From NCBI RefSeq assembly GCF_947568905.1, contig NC_079166.1, positions 13,578,001-13,642,000 on the forward strand: 64,000 bases of DNA, read 5' to 3'. Shown one piece after another: positions 26,120 to 39,655 of the stretch (its first letter is position 1; each line of letters starts with the position of its first letter). Below the pieces are notes generated by a model, which searched no databases, was not told the origin of the DNA, and was given only the letters and a program-made list of their open reading frames with translations. A program made the translations under genes and the position numbers. Origin of the DNA: Ostrea edulis (Eukaryota).

Positions 26120-27095
26120 TGGGCAAGTGCCTAGGGGTCATCCCAAACCCTATTTCAGAATTGTTGAAATATATATAAAACAATTGAGATCTTGGCCCCG
26201 TAAACCATATATATTCCTGCTATACATCTCAAGATTAACTGAGTATACTAAATACCAAGCGATCCGGGGTCATCCCGACCCCCATCATTTTTTTATTGAC
26301 CAAGTATCTTCAAAATCAAATGGTTGAAATTCCAACGCTAAAAGCAAGTATATTCTTGACGCATATGACACAATGCACTGAGCACCAGATTTTTGTTCAT
26401 CGTATTTCTACGTCATTTTTCCCTCAATGTGAAAAAGAAAACTTCAACCACTCATTGCATATCTAAAGGACACCACCAATCATCTCCCAAACGATAAATT
26501 GACTACTGCGTAAAATGTAAGATTTCTGGGACCCATGTTTTCGCTGTAGAAAAACGTCGCTCTTCAACCCCCAATTAGCTCCCAGTGAAAATGAAAATTC
26601 CGAGACCCATCTATAGGACACCAACAATTACCTTCCAAAAGATGACTTGGCTAATGAGTAAAATGTAAGAGGAGTTCTGGGAAACAGGTTTTTGTAGAAA
26701 AACGTCGGTTTTGACCCCCAGGGTGAAAAATGAAAATTCTGAAACCTCATCGCATGCACATCTAAAGGACACCACCAATCATCTTCCAAAAGATTATTTG
26801 GTTGTCGTGTAAAATGCAAGAGGAGTTCCGGGAACCAGGTTTTTCTTCGAAAAAACAAAACAAAAACCCATCAACATCGTTTTAACCCCTATCTTGTCCC
26901 CGGGGTAAAATTGAAAATTTCCAAACTTCATCATATATCTACAGGACACCACCAATCGTCTTCCAAAAGATGATTTGGCTAATTTGTGCGTAATCTGTAT
27001 TAGGAGTTCTAGGAACGAGGAGTTAGTATGACGGACGGACGGACCAGGGTAACACCAATATTCCCGAACTATTTTTTAGAATTTGCGGGTATGAT
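26120..27095 (+). mobile_element. HINE/Helentron-like element with an internal satellite-like array
   Basis: Four related units (anchor TCTA-AGGACACCA-CAAT at 26462, 26610, 26761, 26938), then an (ACGG)n microsatellite at 27031-27044 and a short terminal segment. The left boundary is approximate. Confidence 0.65.
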
Positions 27096-27547
27096 AAACG
27101 TCCTTACAGTATGTAACTGTATAGACTCAGCATTAATCTAGATGTACGATAGGTTTCATCTTTGTACACATGACTATACGTAGTGTAAGACCAAATCAAT
27201 CATGGGTACTTGACGAGTATGCACAATGAAGACATGTTCAATGGCGATAAGATTGAATTCAAGTTTCTTCGTGAATATGCATAACATTTTCGATTCCACC
27301 CCGGTTCTCATGTTGAATTTATTGACATGAAGTATCATACATTTGGTATTTAGTCACGCAACATGACGTAAGAATAACACTTACAGCACATTCTAAGACT
27401 AGACGCGCCGTTTCTCATGCAATGGTAATATTTCGAAACATTTCAGGTTTATTATTCCACTTGTTCCTACAAAACAAATCCCCTCTCATTTTCTTTCTCT
27501 CTCATTATTGTTGTAGAGGAGATGCACTTTTCTTACCCCCTTTTCCC

Positions 27548-27550
<3 letters not shown>

Positions 27551-27593
<43 letters not shown>
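27551..27593. repeat. (CT)n microsatellite in a pyrimidine-rich tract
   Basis: Seen directly; it explains the SLSL/ERER ORFs. Confidence 0.95.
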
Positions 27594-27596
<3 letters not shown>

Positions 27597-28482
27597 TTTT
27601 TTTGTCATTTCTCCCCTCCACCTCTCTCTTATAACGTTCCTTTTCATCTCGCCACCATCCCTCCTCTCGTCCACACATACCCCTGGTTTTTTTTTTTATC
27701 CTGCCCACCCATTCATATATATACGAGATAGTTTACAATTGCATGTTTTGCATAGTCTTAGTCCTTGTCATAAATTAATTTCAAAGGTATGGTTATGTCC
27801 AGCAAGTTTGGATATTAAAATAAATATTCATGATATTGAATACTACATTGTCCATACATTGGACTGTCTTTAATCTTCGAATGATAAATAAGATTTCTCT
27901 CGGTGGTTTAAAGTATCTACTAGTTTTAATATGGCGCAAGTTGTACTAATCGTCTTATCTTACGAAAGTTCTAATGCTTCTGTTTTACTTAATTAAATGT
28001 GTTCATAAGTAGTTAGAAATTCAGTGAGGACGAGGAAGTATGTCTTCAATCTCTCCCACAATGTCCTGGAACAGCATGAGGGCAGCCATATTAGAAAAAA
28101 AAAAATCAGAAAAATAGCATGACCTTTCAGATTTTTTTTTTAGTGTGTAGGCCTATTTGCAGGTAATTTTGTTAATCATCATCCGTTTTAGCATAAAACG
28201 ACGATCTTTCAAACTAGCATAACAAGTTTTTCAGCTGATCAGACATTTTTTGACGATGAGCTAACTGCAGTTTGGTTTTGCGAGTTTACTAACATATCAA
28301 TACTGTATATTTAAACATTGTACATTCAATTTTTATTGTAGAGTAAACAAGTTTTCTTTGTCAAGACATTTTACCAAGTAACAGATGTTCATAACTTAAC
28401 AGAAGGCATTGTCCTACTTCATGCAGATTAGCAGTAGGTTGGCGGTGTGGAGCACCAAATTAACATAAAATCAAATAATTCA

Positions 28483-29351
28483 AAATATATTCAATCATTT
28501 GAAAATATCATCAATTCATTTGATGCGCGCAACAATGCAATTAAGTAATGATATAATCAAATCTAAACTATTACGCGCATTAATTAAATATTTGATAGCA
28601 TTAATTATTCTGCTGAACCGATATGCGCTAGAATTGAATTGTTGATCTCTTCAAATGGATTGATGATATCAACAATTGAACTGATGTGCACTCTAATTCA
28701 ATTGAAGAATACAATGATTCAATTAATGCGCGCATCAATTCAGTTAATGTGCACAATGATTCAATTATTGTTTTCTTCAATTCAATTAATGTGCACAATA
28801 ATTCTTTTAGAGGGGACAATCATTTAATAAGATATATCTTCAATCCAACATATCTGCAATTGAATTGCAATCTCTTTAATTGAATTGTTGCTCTCCTTAA
28901 AAGAATTGATGCGTGAATATATTCCTAATACAAAATTGTTGTGAATAACTATAGATATCTTCAAATGAATTAAAGAGACCATCAAATCATTTCTACTAAG
29001 CTCTAAACTAAATTTGCGAGCAATTATAATTACACCACATTGATCCGCGCATCAATTGAATTAATGGGAACAATAACTGAATTGATGCGCGCAGCAATTT
29101 GGTTCATGAGAGCAATATTTCATTTGAAGCACGCATCACTTTCAATCATTCATTTGATACGCACATCAAATTAATTATTGCTATTAATAATTCATTTAAT
29201 GCGCACTAATCAATATTGTGCACAATTATTCAATTGATGCGCGCATCCATTCAATGGATGAGAGCAATGATTGATTTCATGTGCACATCAAATGAATTAT
29301 TGCGCGCAATAATTGAATTAATGATATCATCAAACGATTAATGATATATTT
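28483..29351. mobile_element. Foldback-like element built from a degenerate 21-bp unit
   Basis: The left end AAATATATTCAATCATTTGAAAATATCATCAATTCATTTGATGCGCGCAACAAT resembles the reverse complement of the right end. The interior repeats AATTCAATTAATGCGCGCATC variants in both orientations. Confidence 0.65.
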
Positions 29352-30281
29352 AATCATCTGCGTTTATATTACAGTGTAGTTACTCGCTTCGTATGGAGAA
29401 GCTTCCGTTTACCGACTTCATGTATCCTAACTGACAGTATAACAGACTTTATATATCGTATGTTTCCAAATTGTACTTTGCCATCCTTGTGCGTGTAGTA
29501 ATATTAAACCTAACTGTTAGTTCGCGGAAGTATTTAAATCTTTAGAAGCGTTTTGATTTATTAATATACCTTACGTCCTCTTAATACGGAACTAAAATTC
29601 TTGCCCTATTACTAGTTCCTGTTTTCTCGAAAAAGATTAATTACCTCCTTCCTCACCTTTTGCTGGAATCAGTGAGACATTTTAAGCATACATGTCGTCT
29701 TTTATACTTTTTAAAATATTTTCCATATTACTTCCCGAAATGTAAGCCATTGTAGCTTCATACCAGCTATAAAGGAGTGTAGATGGGTGAGATCGGAACA
29801 CTTGTCACGTGGTGCGATTTGTGAATAGAAGGTTTTGAATGTGGTGTTTATTGTACGCGGTGTTTAATAATTCATATAGACGACTTCAATGGAAATGTTT
29901 TCCTAAATTAGACCGAGAACATGTGAACATTTGTATAACATTTAACAAAAACAGGTTCCCGGAAATGTTTACATTCACGTCGGCGTATTTTTGTGATTTC
30001 TTATCCATTGACATAAGTGAATGTAATCGTTATTTTTGAAGTACGTAACTATACATATTTTGATCTAAATCTTATGTGCTTGTCCTTTCGCTTACTATAC
30101 CTCGGTAAAATCGACTTGGTGAACATCGGTTTATAAAATACATGGTTGTGCTAAACTATCATAATGAGTCGCCATAGTCATTAATTTATATACACAATTC
30201 CAATGTTTTGGCCTTCGATATCTTTATCAATTGCACCCTAATATTTTTTTTAATATAATATGTATTGGTCCTTTATTTTCC

Positions 30282-30532
30282 TTGGGGATTCGGTTCTAGA
30301 ATAGGTCCTTGAGTAGTACCTTGCTTGTCGTAAGAGACGACTAAACGGGGCCTTCGGATGAGACCGCAAAAACCGAAGTTCATCTGTCTCAGCAGGTGTG
30401 GCACGATAAAGATCCCTCCTTGCTCAAGAGGCCGTGACCGCCGAGCAAAGGCCTAAATTTTGCAGCCCTTCACCGGCATTGGTGAAGTCTCCATATGAGT
30501 GAAAAATTCTCAAGAGGGACAACTAACCAACC
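30282..30532 (+). mobile_element. 5'-truncated SINE (V-domain/RUDI-like by recall)
   Basis: Homolog of 21382-21627 in the opposite orientation, with a short AACC tail. Confidence 0.75.
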
Positions 30533-33169
30533 ATCCCACAGCTGTGTGTTGTTGTGACGGTACATCCTGTTTTTAGCCTCGTTTTCAGTATCATTAAGGT
30601 GTGAATTCATGATTTTTTTTTTTTAAAAAGGTATTTTCCCAGTATCTCGTTTATTGATCAGAAAACAAATAAAACAATTTCAAAATCGGTAATTATATAT
30701 AAAATACACAAAATGAAGTAAAATGTATATTTCTCTTCCGGGACACTTTTAAAGATCTTTGTGTTTGTTTTAATTTGATGTGAACTTATCATGTTATATA
30801 TTGTAAATTCTTAACTTACCGGGTGGCAGTAAAAACGTTTAGGAAATAAATTGCATTTTTGAAAATAGATAACAGCATGAATTGCGACGCTATACTCCAG
30901 CATAAGTCATAAAGCGCGTTCATAAAAAGTAAACTGGCGTGTTCAAGCGTTGCTGCCCCCCCCCCCCCCCCCATGTGCATGTATTTAAAAAAAAAAAGTA
31001 AATTGATATTAATATTTTACTTTCATTTCTGTTGGAATTTCCAGCCCTTAAAACTGTTGTACTATATTCATCAAGATTCAAAAACGCATTGAGGAAATGG
31101 TTATCTTTTCAATTGGCAATATATTTATTTACATATACATATATGAGAATCGGTTGGAGGTTGAAATTCAGCAATCATTCGTTGGTGTTGGCATGTGCAA
31201 CACACGTGTCGTCCTGCATTCTTACAGCTATACTTGATTTAACTCTCCTTTGTTCGAGGACAGAGATCGAAACCAATTTCTGAATGAGACAATAAAACAA
31301 ACACCTGAAAAATGAATCTCTGAGCACTTGTGTCCTTCATGAAACCTGATTCCATAACAGAATGAAAATTAGGTCAATCTTTAGGGGACTCTCAGACAAA
31401 GACGCGAGCTTGACCATGTCGCCAGTATTTGAATACTATAACGAATGTAGTTCAAAATGTGGTAATCAATTTACAATAGCGAATGGGACGAAGGACGCAA
31501 TTATACACCTACAAGGTTTAATTGGCTTGTTACTTAATCCATTTGAAAATAAAATAGACTTTCTATTCGTGACCCCGCGAATTTAGCTATTTCAGTATTA
31601 AATAAACATAAAAATTGCGGATCACAATGAAACCTCACCACTAGTGTTTATCTTGATTAACGTTTCTGCAATTAGTTTATCGGGATTTACATCCTAATTA
31701 ATGTTCAATAAACACACTGTGTTAGAGGAATATAGAATCTTTCTATCAAATAATTTACCAATTGCATGATGCCTTCACAAGAAGTGTTGGTGATGTGCCT
31801 ATGTTAGATAAGGAAGCCACCGCGTGATACCTGCATTGTTCTCGCACGATATTAAATTCACATTCAAACAAAAATCTCAAGAATTTATATCAAAAGTGAA
31901 AATCGGATTACAAATTGCGTAAGATTTGTATCGAACTCAACTTTAGTTTAGGAGGTGTGGGTTTTATTTACGAACATGAGAAAGAAACACATTTGAAAAA
32001 TGAGCCTTTCAGAAAACACAAGAATTTGATGAATTGTCACATCCGAAAAAGAACATTTGCAAAAATCGATCAATGTGCATGATAAATGTATATACGACAA
32101 GAGTTGACAATCTCATGGCCAATGATTATACTTTCAAGTACACATTAAGGATTCCGCATGTCTGACCTTAATTGTCTAGACGGAATCTAATTAACATAAT
32201 CAATATAATTAAAAACTAAGTTTACTTAACGTTTTAATGAAGGAAACAAAGAATGAAGAAGAAAATGACCAAAGAATGATCCGTGTCACGGGACGGTGTT
32301 CTGACTATAGCCCTCCGATATCGCTTATACATATTTTTGGTACATGAACTGGTAAATAGCTTTCTCGCACTCACCCACCCCTTTAGTGGATGAGCCGTTG
32401 AAATTGCATCCTGTTACACAAATTGACGCAAATGCAGCATACCAGGGAAAAAGGTCACAAGCATGTTTTTCCGTTGGCGGATAAACTTTTTCCGATTGCA
32501 AATGACGTCGTCATAAAGAAATAATTTTTTTTTTCAGGATAACTTCCTGTTTACAATTCAGCAGCATTATTATTTCCGGACCCAGCTTCTTAGTTTGTGT
32601 ACAGGAAAACATGACTTCAAAGAGAATTCTTTAAAACTCGATTTGAAGTAAGGCTTATATAGTTTCAACTTTTCAAAGAAATCGAATTGACCAGCAGTTT
32701 TGATTGTTCAAATTGTATCCTATAGGAATAAAATGATATTAATTTTTCGTTCTGTGTAGATATAGACAATTTATTTTGCGTTATTTATACATATATTATG
32801 TGTGAACCATATGAAACCATATTGCACATATGCACTCATTATAAACATGACATGTTGATCTAGTACCAATGCACCGTCCCGTGGTATCTTTTGCATTACA
32901 GTGGAGTTAATCATATGTACTTATACTACCTTTACTATTATTACATATAGTGTTGTTATGTACATGTATATATATATATATATTTTTTCCTGTGTGTATT
33001 TCTGACTGTTTTGCATTAGGATACACGGTGGTACTTACATATAATGCAAATAAGTATTATCATGTTCAAACGTCTCATGTATGAACATTGCTCATACTAA
33101 TAGTGCAGATTTTACTCTTGTTTTGTTCTTTTCTTTTTATCGTCATTGCACATTGAAATGTTAACAATC

Positions 33170-33232
33170 ATGTATGCTGTATGCCCGAGAGGGCCCTAAT
33201 TTGGAAATAAATCATATTCTATTCTATTCTAT
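33170..33232 (+). mobile_element. Probable LINE 3' terminus
   Basis: GCCCGAGAGGGCCC hairpin, then AATAAA and a (TATTC)n tail. Confidence 0.35.
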
Positions 33233-34230
33233 ACACGCACATGCGCAAAGTAAGCTGTACATATCGGATTTCTGTTCCCACCCCTTCCCCATGTTTTTTA
33301 TGATAGCAAAGTGTATGATGAATTGAACTCGTGTAGTGAAGTACGAACGCTCGCGACTCCCTCCCCCTCCATGCGATTTAAAGTTTGGCATAATGATTTG
33401 GAGTTCTTCATTTTCTTTATAAATCACCATCCATCCCCCCATCCACTTAGGAGTTTGACACTTATTGAGAAAAATAACATACCTCTTAGGTTTTTGCTGA
33501 TTTATTCATTTTGTTTGTGAACATTTTTAAAATTGACCTTCAAATGCCCCTCCCCCTCCACTCACTTTGCAAAATTGGTTAAGTTTGCAATTATTATTTG
33601 TAGTTTCTCCCGGCAAAGTTGCTGATGATAAAGTACAGTAAGATATGACACCACAGTACAGTGTTATGATACAGTGTCAGTAGTAATTCTGATATAAGTA
33701 TGTTATCATACTATAGTACAATACAAGTATGTAGTATAACGGGCGCATGAACACATGTGCGTGCGCATTATACGTGCTTCCTCAAACAAAAACCCACACA
33801 TAGACTGTATACCGGTAACTGCGAAATCGGGAATAGTCCGTCCCCGATTATGTACACTCCCTCTTGCCATGGAGGTAATGCAACTCAAATACATGTACCA
33901 GGTGGGGATAGGATTCTGGGTAAAAAAAAGTGATCATTTTAAAAAATGTCAATCGCTAAACATCTCAAGGCTAAATGTGTATACTAGTATGTGCCAATTA
34001 ATAATATGTTCGCAATATTGGTTTCACGACCTAGTTTTTTCTTACGTAACTTCAAGGGGACAGAGTGAGTTTCCTGAATTAGTTGCAAAGCTTTTCAGAG
34101 AACGGAAGTGATTTAGATTTGCGTTATCAATTTTATCAGATTAATCGTTGTCCCGTGTTATTTTTCAGTCCCGTGTTTCATGACATCGCTAGCCTAAATT
34201 GATCATCCTTTCTGAGAAATTGTTGATCAT

Positions 34231-34411
34231 CAGTGGCGGATCCAGGAAATTTTTAAAGGGAGGTGCGACCGAAGTTTGTACCTTTAAATACCGTCCTAAA
34301 AAGAGATGTTTGTTTGAAGACCTCAAAATGACAAAAATTGACCACATATGTAAAAAAAAAATTCAACCGGGGGTGGGATCCAACTCCCGTAACCTCCTAG
34401 ATCCACCACTG
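34231..34411. mobile_element. Short MITE
   Basis: TIRs CAGTGGCGGATCCAGGA / TCCTAGATCCACCACTG; flanks ATCAT and ATCAC. Confidence 0.75.
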
Positions 34412-35054
34412 ATCACCAGAATGCATATCAAATTCCTCGTGGTTGTTCCTGAGGACGCGTGATGCTCTATATAAAGAGATAAGTCGACAACAATTTAAAA
34501 CCATGTCTACAGGCGTTCGGTTTAGGAGGATCGATACTGCAGTGGTAGCGTTGTGTCTTCAGGACGTATATATCAAAATGTCTCGCTGGTGAGGCCAAAG
34601 CAAATGTAGGCCACTGACACACGCCATAACATCAGTAGCCTCATAAATAACCGCATCTCATAATGTATGATGGCCTTGGAATAAATTCAACATTTTTTTA
34701 AGGAAGTGACCAGGCATTGGCAGAAATTGGTATTGAATGGCTTAGTGTGTCTGAAATAGTATGTTCAATGGCAGCGGCAAAGATTGTGAAAGCTCGTTTC
34801 ATGACTATCTAGCTCTGTCATGGGGCCAGAGCACCTGGTCCGGGTCACAAGTAAAGTCCGATGTACTGATCACAACTGTGCGCTCAGTTGTTTCTTGTTT
34901 TTGAGAGTAGAAAATTGAGAGATTTAATAATGACATATTTTCTGTATTTGCTATAGCTAAGGCCTAAACATGCAGAGACCATGTGCGCCATAGATTTCAC
35001 AATTTTGGTTGAGGTCTATATGCTCATTATTTTATTACCTCCCATTTGATTTTT

Positions 35055-35329
35055 TTTTACTCAGCAGAGACGTCGCCATCTTTAAGCAAAGTGCCACAAA
35101 TTTTGACCCATTGCGCTCAGGGGTTGTCTTTATCGTGGCAACGCTTACCATGACCTCCGTTTTGAAGGTCATATCCGAAAGACCCGTGATGTTCACTTCT
35201 AATCAACCAATGTCTGGCGCTTGGTAAAGGAACAATCACTACCTATGTCAAGATTAAAGCGACGGCGGAGTCGAGATTCGAGCCCCGGCCCCGGTTGCAA
35301 AGTCAGCGCTCTAACCTCTAGGTTATACC
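35055..35329 (-). mobile_element. tRNA-derived SINE
   Basis: On the minus strand, a tRNA-like head with A-box-like TAGAGGTTAGAG and B-box-like GGCTCGAATC. The 3' part resembles the SINE ends at 21402 and 41540. Confidence 0.6.
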
Positions 35330-35362
35330 ACGACCAGTTCCATGCCCATTATGACTTCCGGT

Positions 35363-35580
35363 GTAAAGAAGATCTTTGTAGATTGCATCATTTTCTATAG
35401 TTTTTAAATTCATATCTATGCCCACTACCCCTAAAGGAACCACATACAAGATTTAGTGACAAAGGCGAAGTAGTTTCTGAGAGGGAGTTGAAAATGTTCA
35501 AAAATCAAGAGCGACACATGAATGACGACGGACGAGAACGGATAGCAATGGGTCACCCGAGTGACTCAGGTGACCTAAAA
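35363..35580 (+). mobile_element. 3' end of a HINE/Helentron-like element
   Basis: GACGACGGACG, then the terminal hairpin GGTCACCCGAG-TGA-CTCAGGTGACC (35551-35575) and TAAAA. Confidence 0.6.
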
Positions 35581-36868
35581 ACCCTGCAACATTCATCGGT
35601 GACTGTTGTAGTAACAGCTAGTGGCTAATGGAGTTCCGCGCGCGTTTTAGAGGCAGGTATATTGATTGACGGAAGGATTCGTGACCGCCTCGGTTGTTGA
35701 CCCTCCGTTCACATCACTTGGGCAGATGGAAAGCTCATTCAGAGGCTGTGAAAGGCACTGTATCGCTATTTTATCTCCACAAGTCGAGAAAAGGTCATCG
35801 GTGGACAGGGAATTTCGGGTCAACCAACATTGATTTCTTTCACTCCCGAAGACCTTATAAGGGCGGAGAATGAAAGTGCAACGAACTTCTGTCTTTTGTT
35901 CACATTTATATCCTACACATTAAGCTAGCGTATTCTCATATTAATGTAAATTTGTGTACATGTACAAATAATTGTCTACGACATGAGTTACGAAACCTTT
36001 TGAGTGGAGTATGCAAATATTGGTTTTTAATGGCACATGTTGGAGTATATGTGCACTGTATGCTGAACACGAGCCAGAAATTGCAATGCTTGTAACATGT
36101 TGTGCAAATAATATTGCTATTCAATGAATTTTTATGCCAAATATAAATGACTTTGGAATGTTACTTTTAGATCTACAAGGGTCAATCACTCCTTACCTTA
36201 AAGGCGATTTCAGAAATGGTTACTAAACATGCTCACCTGCCGATAATGATCTGGAAATGGAACCAAAATTCGCTTTTCAATAACAAACTTTCCGTACATC
36301 AGATGAGTTCGATGACATACAGAATGCAACATCAAGCATATAGTAAAGAAAACACTAGGGATGAAAAGAACTCGAAGATTATAGGGTTGCATGCAAATTT
36401 GAAGATAATTCATCAGAAAAGTGAAAAGACTGTAGGAATTAGAGAGGTCGGGTTTGTCGAACGGCTGACGACCGAGGAATTAATCCACCAGCAATCGATG
36501 ATGTGAAGACATGTACAACGAACATGGAGTCATTCACTCCATAAACCCCGGCTGATCCTTTGACATCTTTTTCAAGGTGTTAGGAGCGGATCAATGATTT
36601 GATGCAAAGTGCAAGTTCGTAATATGTAAGCCTTTAAAAGACTAGCGGATTTGATTTTAACATGATTTTAGAGTTTACTCAAGCGACCATAATCACGGGG
36701 CACAGAGATATTTTGTGTACACGCCTTAATGATTGAGATGATGTTTAACGTTGCATGCCTGAAAGCGATTCTTGATAATTAGCAAACTTTGTCTACAACT
36801 GGAAGGCAGGGCATCCGGAAGGTACAATTTTGATAGGTTTTTGATTTTTTGTTGACTCCGGATGTTGC

Positions 36869-37212
36869 AACTGTACTTACAAACCAATATTAGTAGTGAT
36901 CAAACTGTACTTACAAATCAGTACTAGGCCTAGTAGTAGTCAAACTGTACTTACAAATCAATATTAGTAGTGGTCAAACAATTACAAATCAATAATAGTA
37001 GTGGTCAAACTGTACTTACGAATCAATATTAGTAGCGATCAAAATGTATTTACAAATCAATACTAGTAATGGTCAAAATGTACTTACATATCAATACCAG
37101 TAGTGGTCAAATTGTATTTACAAATCAATACTAGTAGTTGTCAAACTATACTTACAAATCATTATTAGTAGTGATCAAACTGTACTTACAAATCAATACT
37201 AGTAGCGGTAAA
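36869..37212. repeat. 34-bp minisatellite, about 10 copies
   Basis: Unit AAACTGTACTTACAAATCAATATTAGTAGTGGTC with variants. Confidence 0.95.
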
Positions 37213-37251
37213 AATAATGCTTCTTTGCTAAGTTGATCGATGAACAATTAA

Positions 37252-37458
37252 CTGATGTCGGTAATTTACGAGATTGATATAGGCTTACTGAGCTAATATC
37301 GGTAATTTACGACATTGGTACAGAAAATTACTAGTCTGATGTCGGTAATTTACGAGATTAATGCAGGTAAATTACTGAGCTGATATCGGTAATTTACGAG
37401 CTTGATACAAGTAAATTACTGGGCTGATCACGATGATTTATGAAATTGACATAAGTAC
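37252..37458. repeat. Minisatellite of about 43 bp, about 5 diverged copies
   Basis: Anchor TCGGTAATTTAC at 37258, 37299, 37342 and 37386. Confidence 0.85.
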
Positions 37459-37721
37459 CTTTCATTCAACTGTGTTCATACCAAACCTATATGACGTACC
37501 CAGGTAATACTAGTGCTATGTAATAGTTTGTTGTATTATAACGTATTGCTGCGGCCCAAAGCGCTAAGCTGTCTAAATATGAGTGAAACATTCTAGACAA
37601 ACTGCCACCTACAATCTGACAATATCTCTTTAACACATATAATGGAAATTATTGTTTACGGTGAACCAATTTGCTTTCAGGAATGACAAGATTAGACTTA
37701 AGGTGATGCCAAAGTAGCGAG

Positions 37722-38468
37722 TATGAGTAAATGATGGAATATGGGTAAATGATGGAGTGTGAGTAAATCATGGAGCGTGAGTAAATCATGGAATAGGAGT
37801 AAATCATGGAGTAGGAGTAAATCATGGAGTAGGAGTAAATCATGGAATAGGAGTAAATCATGGAGTAGGAGTAAATAATGGAGTAGGAGTAAATCATGGA
37901 GTACATGTAGGAGTAAATCATGGAGTAGGAGTAAATCATGGAGTAGGAGTAAATCACACAGTAGGAGTAAATCATGGAGCGTGAGTAAATCATGGAGTAG
38001 GAGTAAATCATGGAGTAGGAGTAAATCATGGAATAGGAGTAAATCATGGAGTAGGAGTAAATCATGGAGTAGGAGTAAATCATGGAGTAGGAGTAAATCA
38101 TGGAATAGGAGTAAATCATGGAGTAGGAGTAAATCATGGAGTACATGTAGGAGTAAATCATGGAGTAGGAGTAAATCATGGAGTAGGAGTAAATCACAGA
38201 GTAGGAGTAAATCACAGAGTAGGAGTAAATCACAGAGTAGGAGTAAATCATGGAGTAGGAGTAAATCACAGAGTAGGAGTAAATCATAGAGTAGGAGTAA
38301 ATCACAGAGTAGAAGTAAATCATGGAGTAGGAGTAAATGATGGAGTAGGAGTAAATCATGGAGTGTGAGTAAATCATAGAGTAGGAGTAAATCATGGAGT
38401 GTGAGTAAATCATGGAATAGGAATAAATCATGGAGTAGGAGTAAATCATGGAGTAGGAGTATATCATA
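37722..38468. repeat. 18-bp minisatellite, about 41 copies, with a 240-bp higher-order repeat
   Basis: Unit GGAGTAGGAGTAAATCAT; a 24-bp variant (GTACATGTAG) recurs at 37901 and 38141. Confidence 0.97.
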
Positions 38469-39057
38469 GTTTGCCACCGTGTATTTCCTTACCTTCCATG
38501 AATTTGGGGATCGAAATTAAGTTCATTTCTTTTTCAATTCTGACAATCCGTGACTCTTGTTACTTGGTAACTCAAGTATTGTAAGTCATTAACCAAATTT
38601 TTCTCATCCGGCGAGCCGAAGATGAAAGGGAAACACAAATTCCAGCTTTTATTATAATTTTAAGAGAATGAAGAGGGTTTAAATTTCATAAATATACTCC
38701 AAACATTTAAAAATATTGACAATGATTTCTAACATCTTCTGAGAATTATTTTCAGCATAGCTTAGTACATCGGGACATCTGAAGTTTAACAGTACATATG
38801 TACTTATGTAGGAAAGTTTAATCTACGCAGACACACAAGGAAGAATGCTTATGATACGCGGTGAACAGAGTACATGCATTCATGAATGTGAATATATATT
38901 CTAACCAAGACTAGGTAATTCTAAAAAGCTTAAACTATCTTTGGAATTGCATGTTTTACAAAATGTTTGATTCAATTCATGAAAATAAACATTTCTATTT
39001 AAAGTTTTAAACATTTCTATTTAACATTTTCCCATATGAGTGAAAAATTCTATTTTT

Positions 39058-39316
39058 CATTGGGTCAAATGCTATCTGACGTGTTTCATACCCATTGGTA
39101 ATGCTGTTCTTTTGACGACGGATCAATCTGTTTACCTGACCAAGATACAGGGCTCATGGCGGGTGTGACCACTCAACAGGGAATGCTTACTCCTTCTAGA
39201 CACCGTATCCCATCTTTGCTATGTCCAGGGGTTCGTGTTTGTCCTGCTTTTAATTTTGTATTCTTTATAGGATTTATGGTATTGTTCCATCACTGTTCGT
39301 TATATCCGCCTTTTTC
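39058..39316 (+). mobile_element. Penelope-like retroelement, ORF end plus 3' end
   Basis: Reads LGQMLSDVFHT, then the same 3' sequence as the other copies in the window. Confidence 0.6.
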
Positions 39317-39465
39317 ATAGTCGAATTTATATAATACATTATCATAATGAAAATTATTCAAACACATTGCATTTCTGTATGTATGTAACATGTATAATAG
39401 ATAGATACCAATGTATTATAGGTTATGGCGATATAATGTAAAGGAATCAGAGTTGTCTAATACAT

Positions 39466-39655
39466 GTATTACATCTGGTGTGAGACAAGGGCGTATCATC
39501 TTTCTATTTCTGTTCCTTGTAGTGAATAACTGGATTAGGATCAACATCGTTGGAAACCCACGGTCGTTCGCACCCACCGTAGGTTTCCGACGATGAGCCT
39601 ATCAGCTGACTGCAGTGGATATGACGATGATGTTACACTGATGTCTTATGTATAA
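39466..39655 (+). mobile_element. Degenerate RTE-clade LINE reverse transcriptase fragment
   Basis: ITSGVRQGRIIFLFLFLVVNNWIR, then a decayed, frameshifted QLTAVDMT..DDVTL segment, corresponding to the GVRQG and ADD RT motifs. Confidence 0.65.

Noticed and set aside
28628-28883. Coiled-coil-like heptad ORFs
   Set aside because: The 7-aa periodicity comes from the 21-bp repeat unit of the foldback element.
36869-37458. CRISPR-like appearance of 34-bp and 43-bp repeats
   Set aside because: Units are directly adjacent with no unique spacers, there are no cas genes, and the DNA is eukaryotic.
37649-38477. Long ORFs (MIYSYS)n, (LLLHDL)n and (SRSKSW)n
   Set aside because: By-products of a stop-free 18-bp minisatellite on both strands; no unique domain or splice context.
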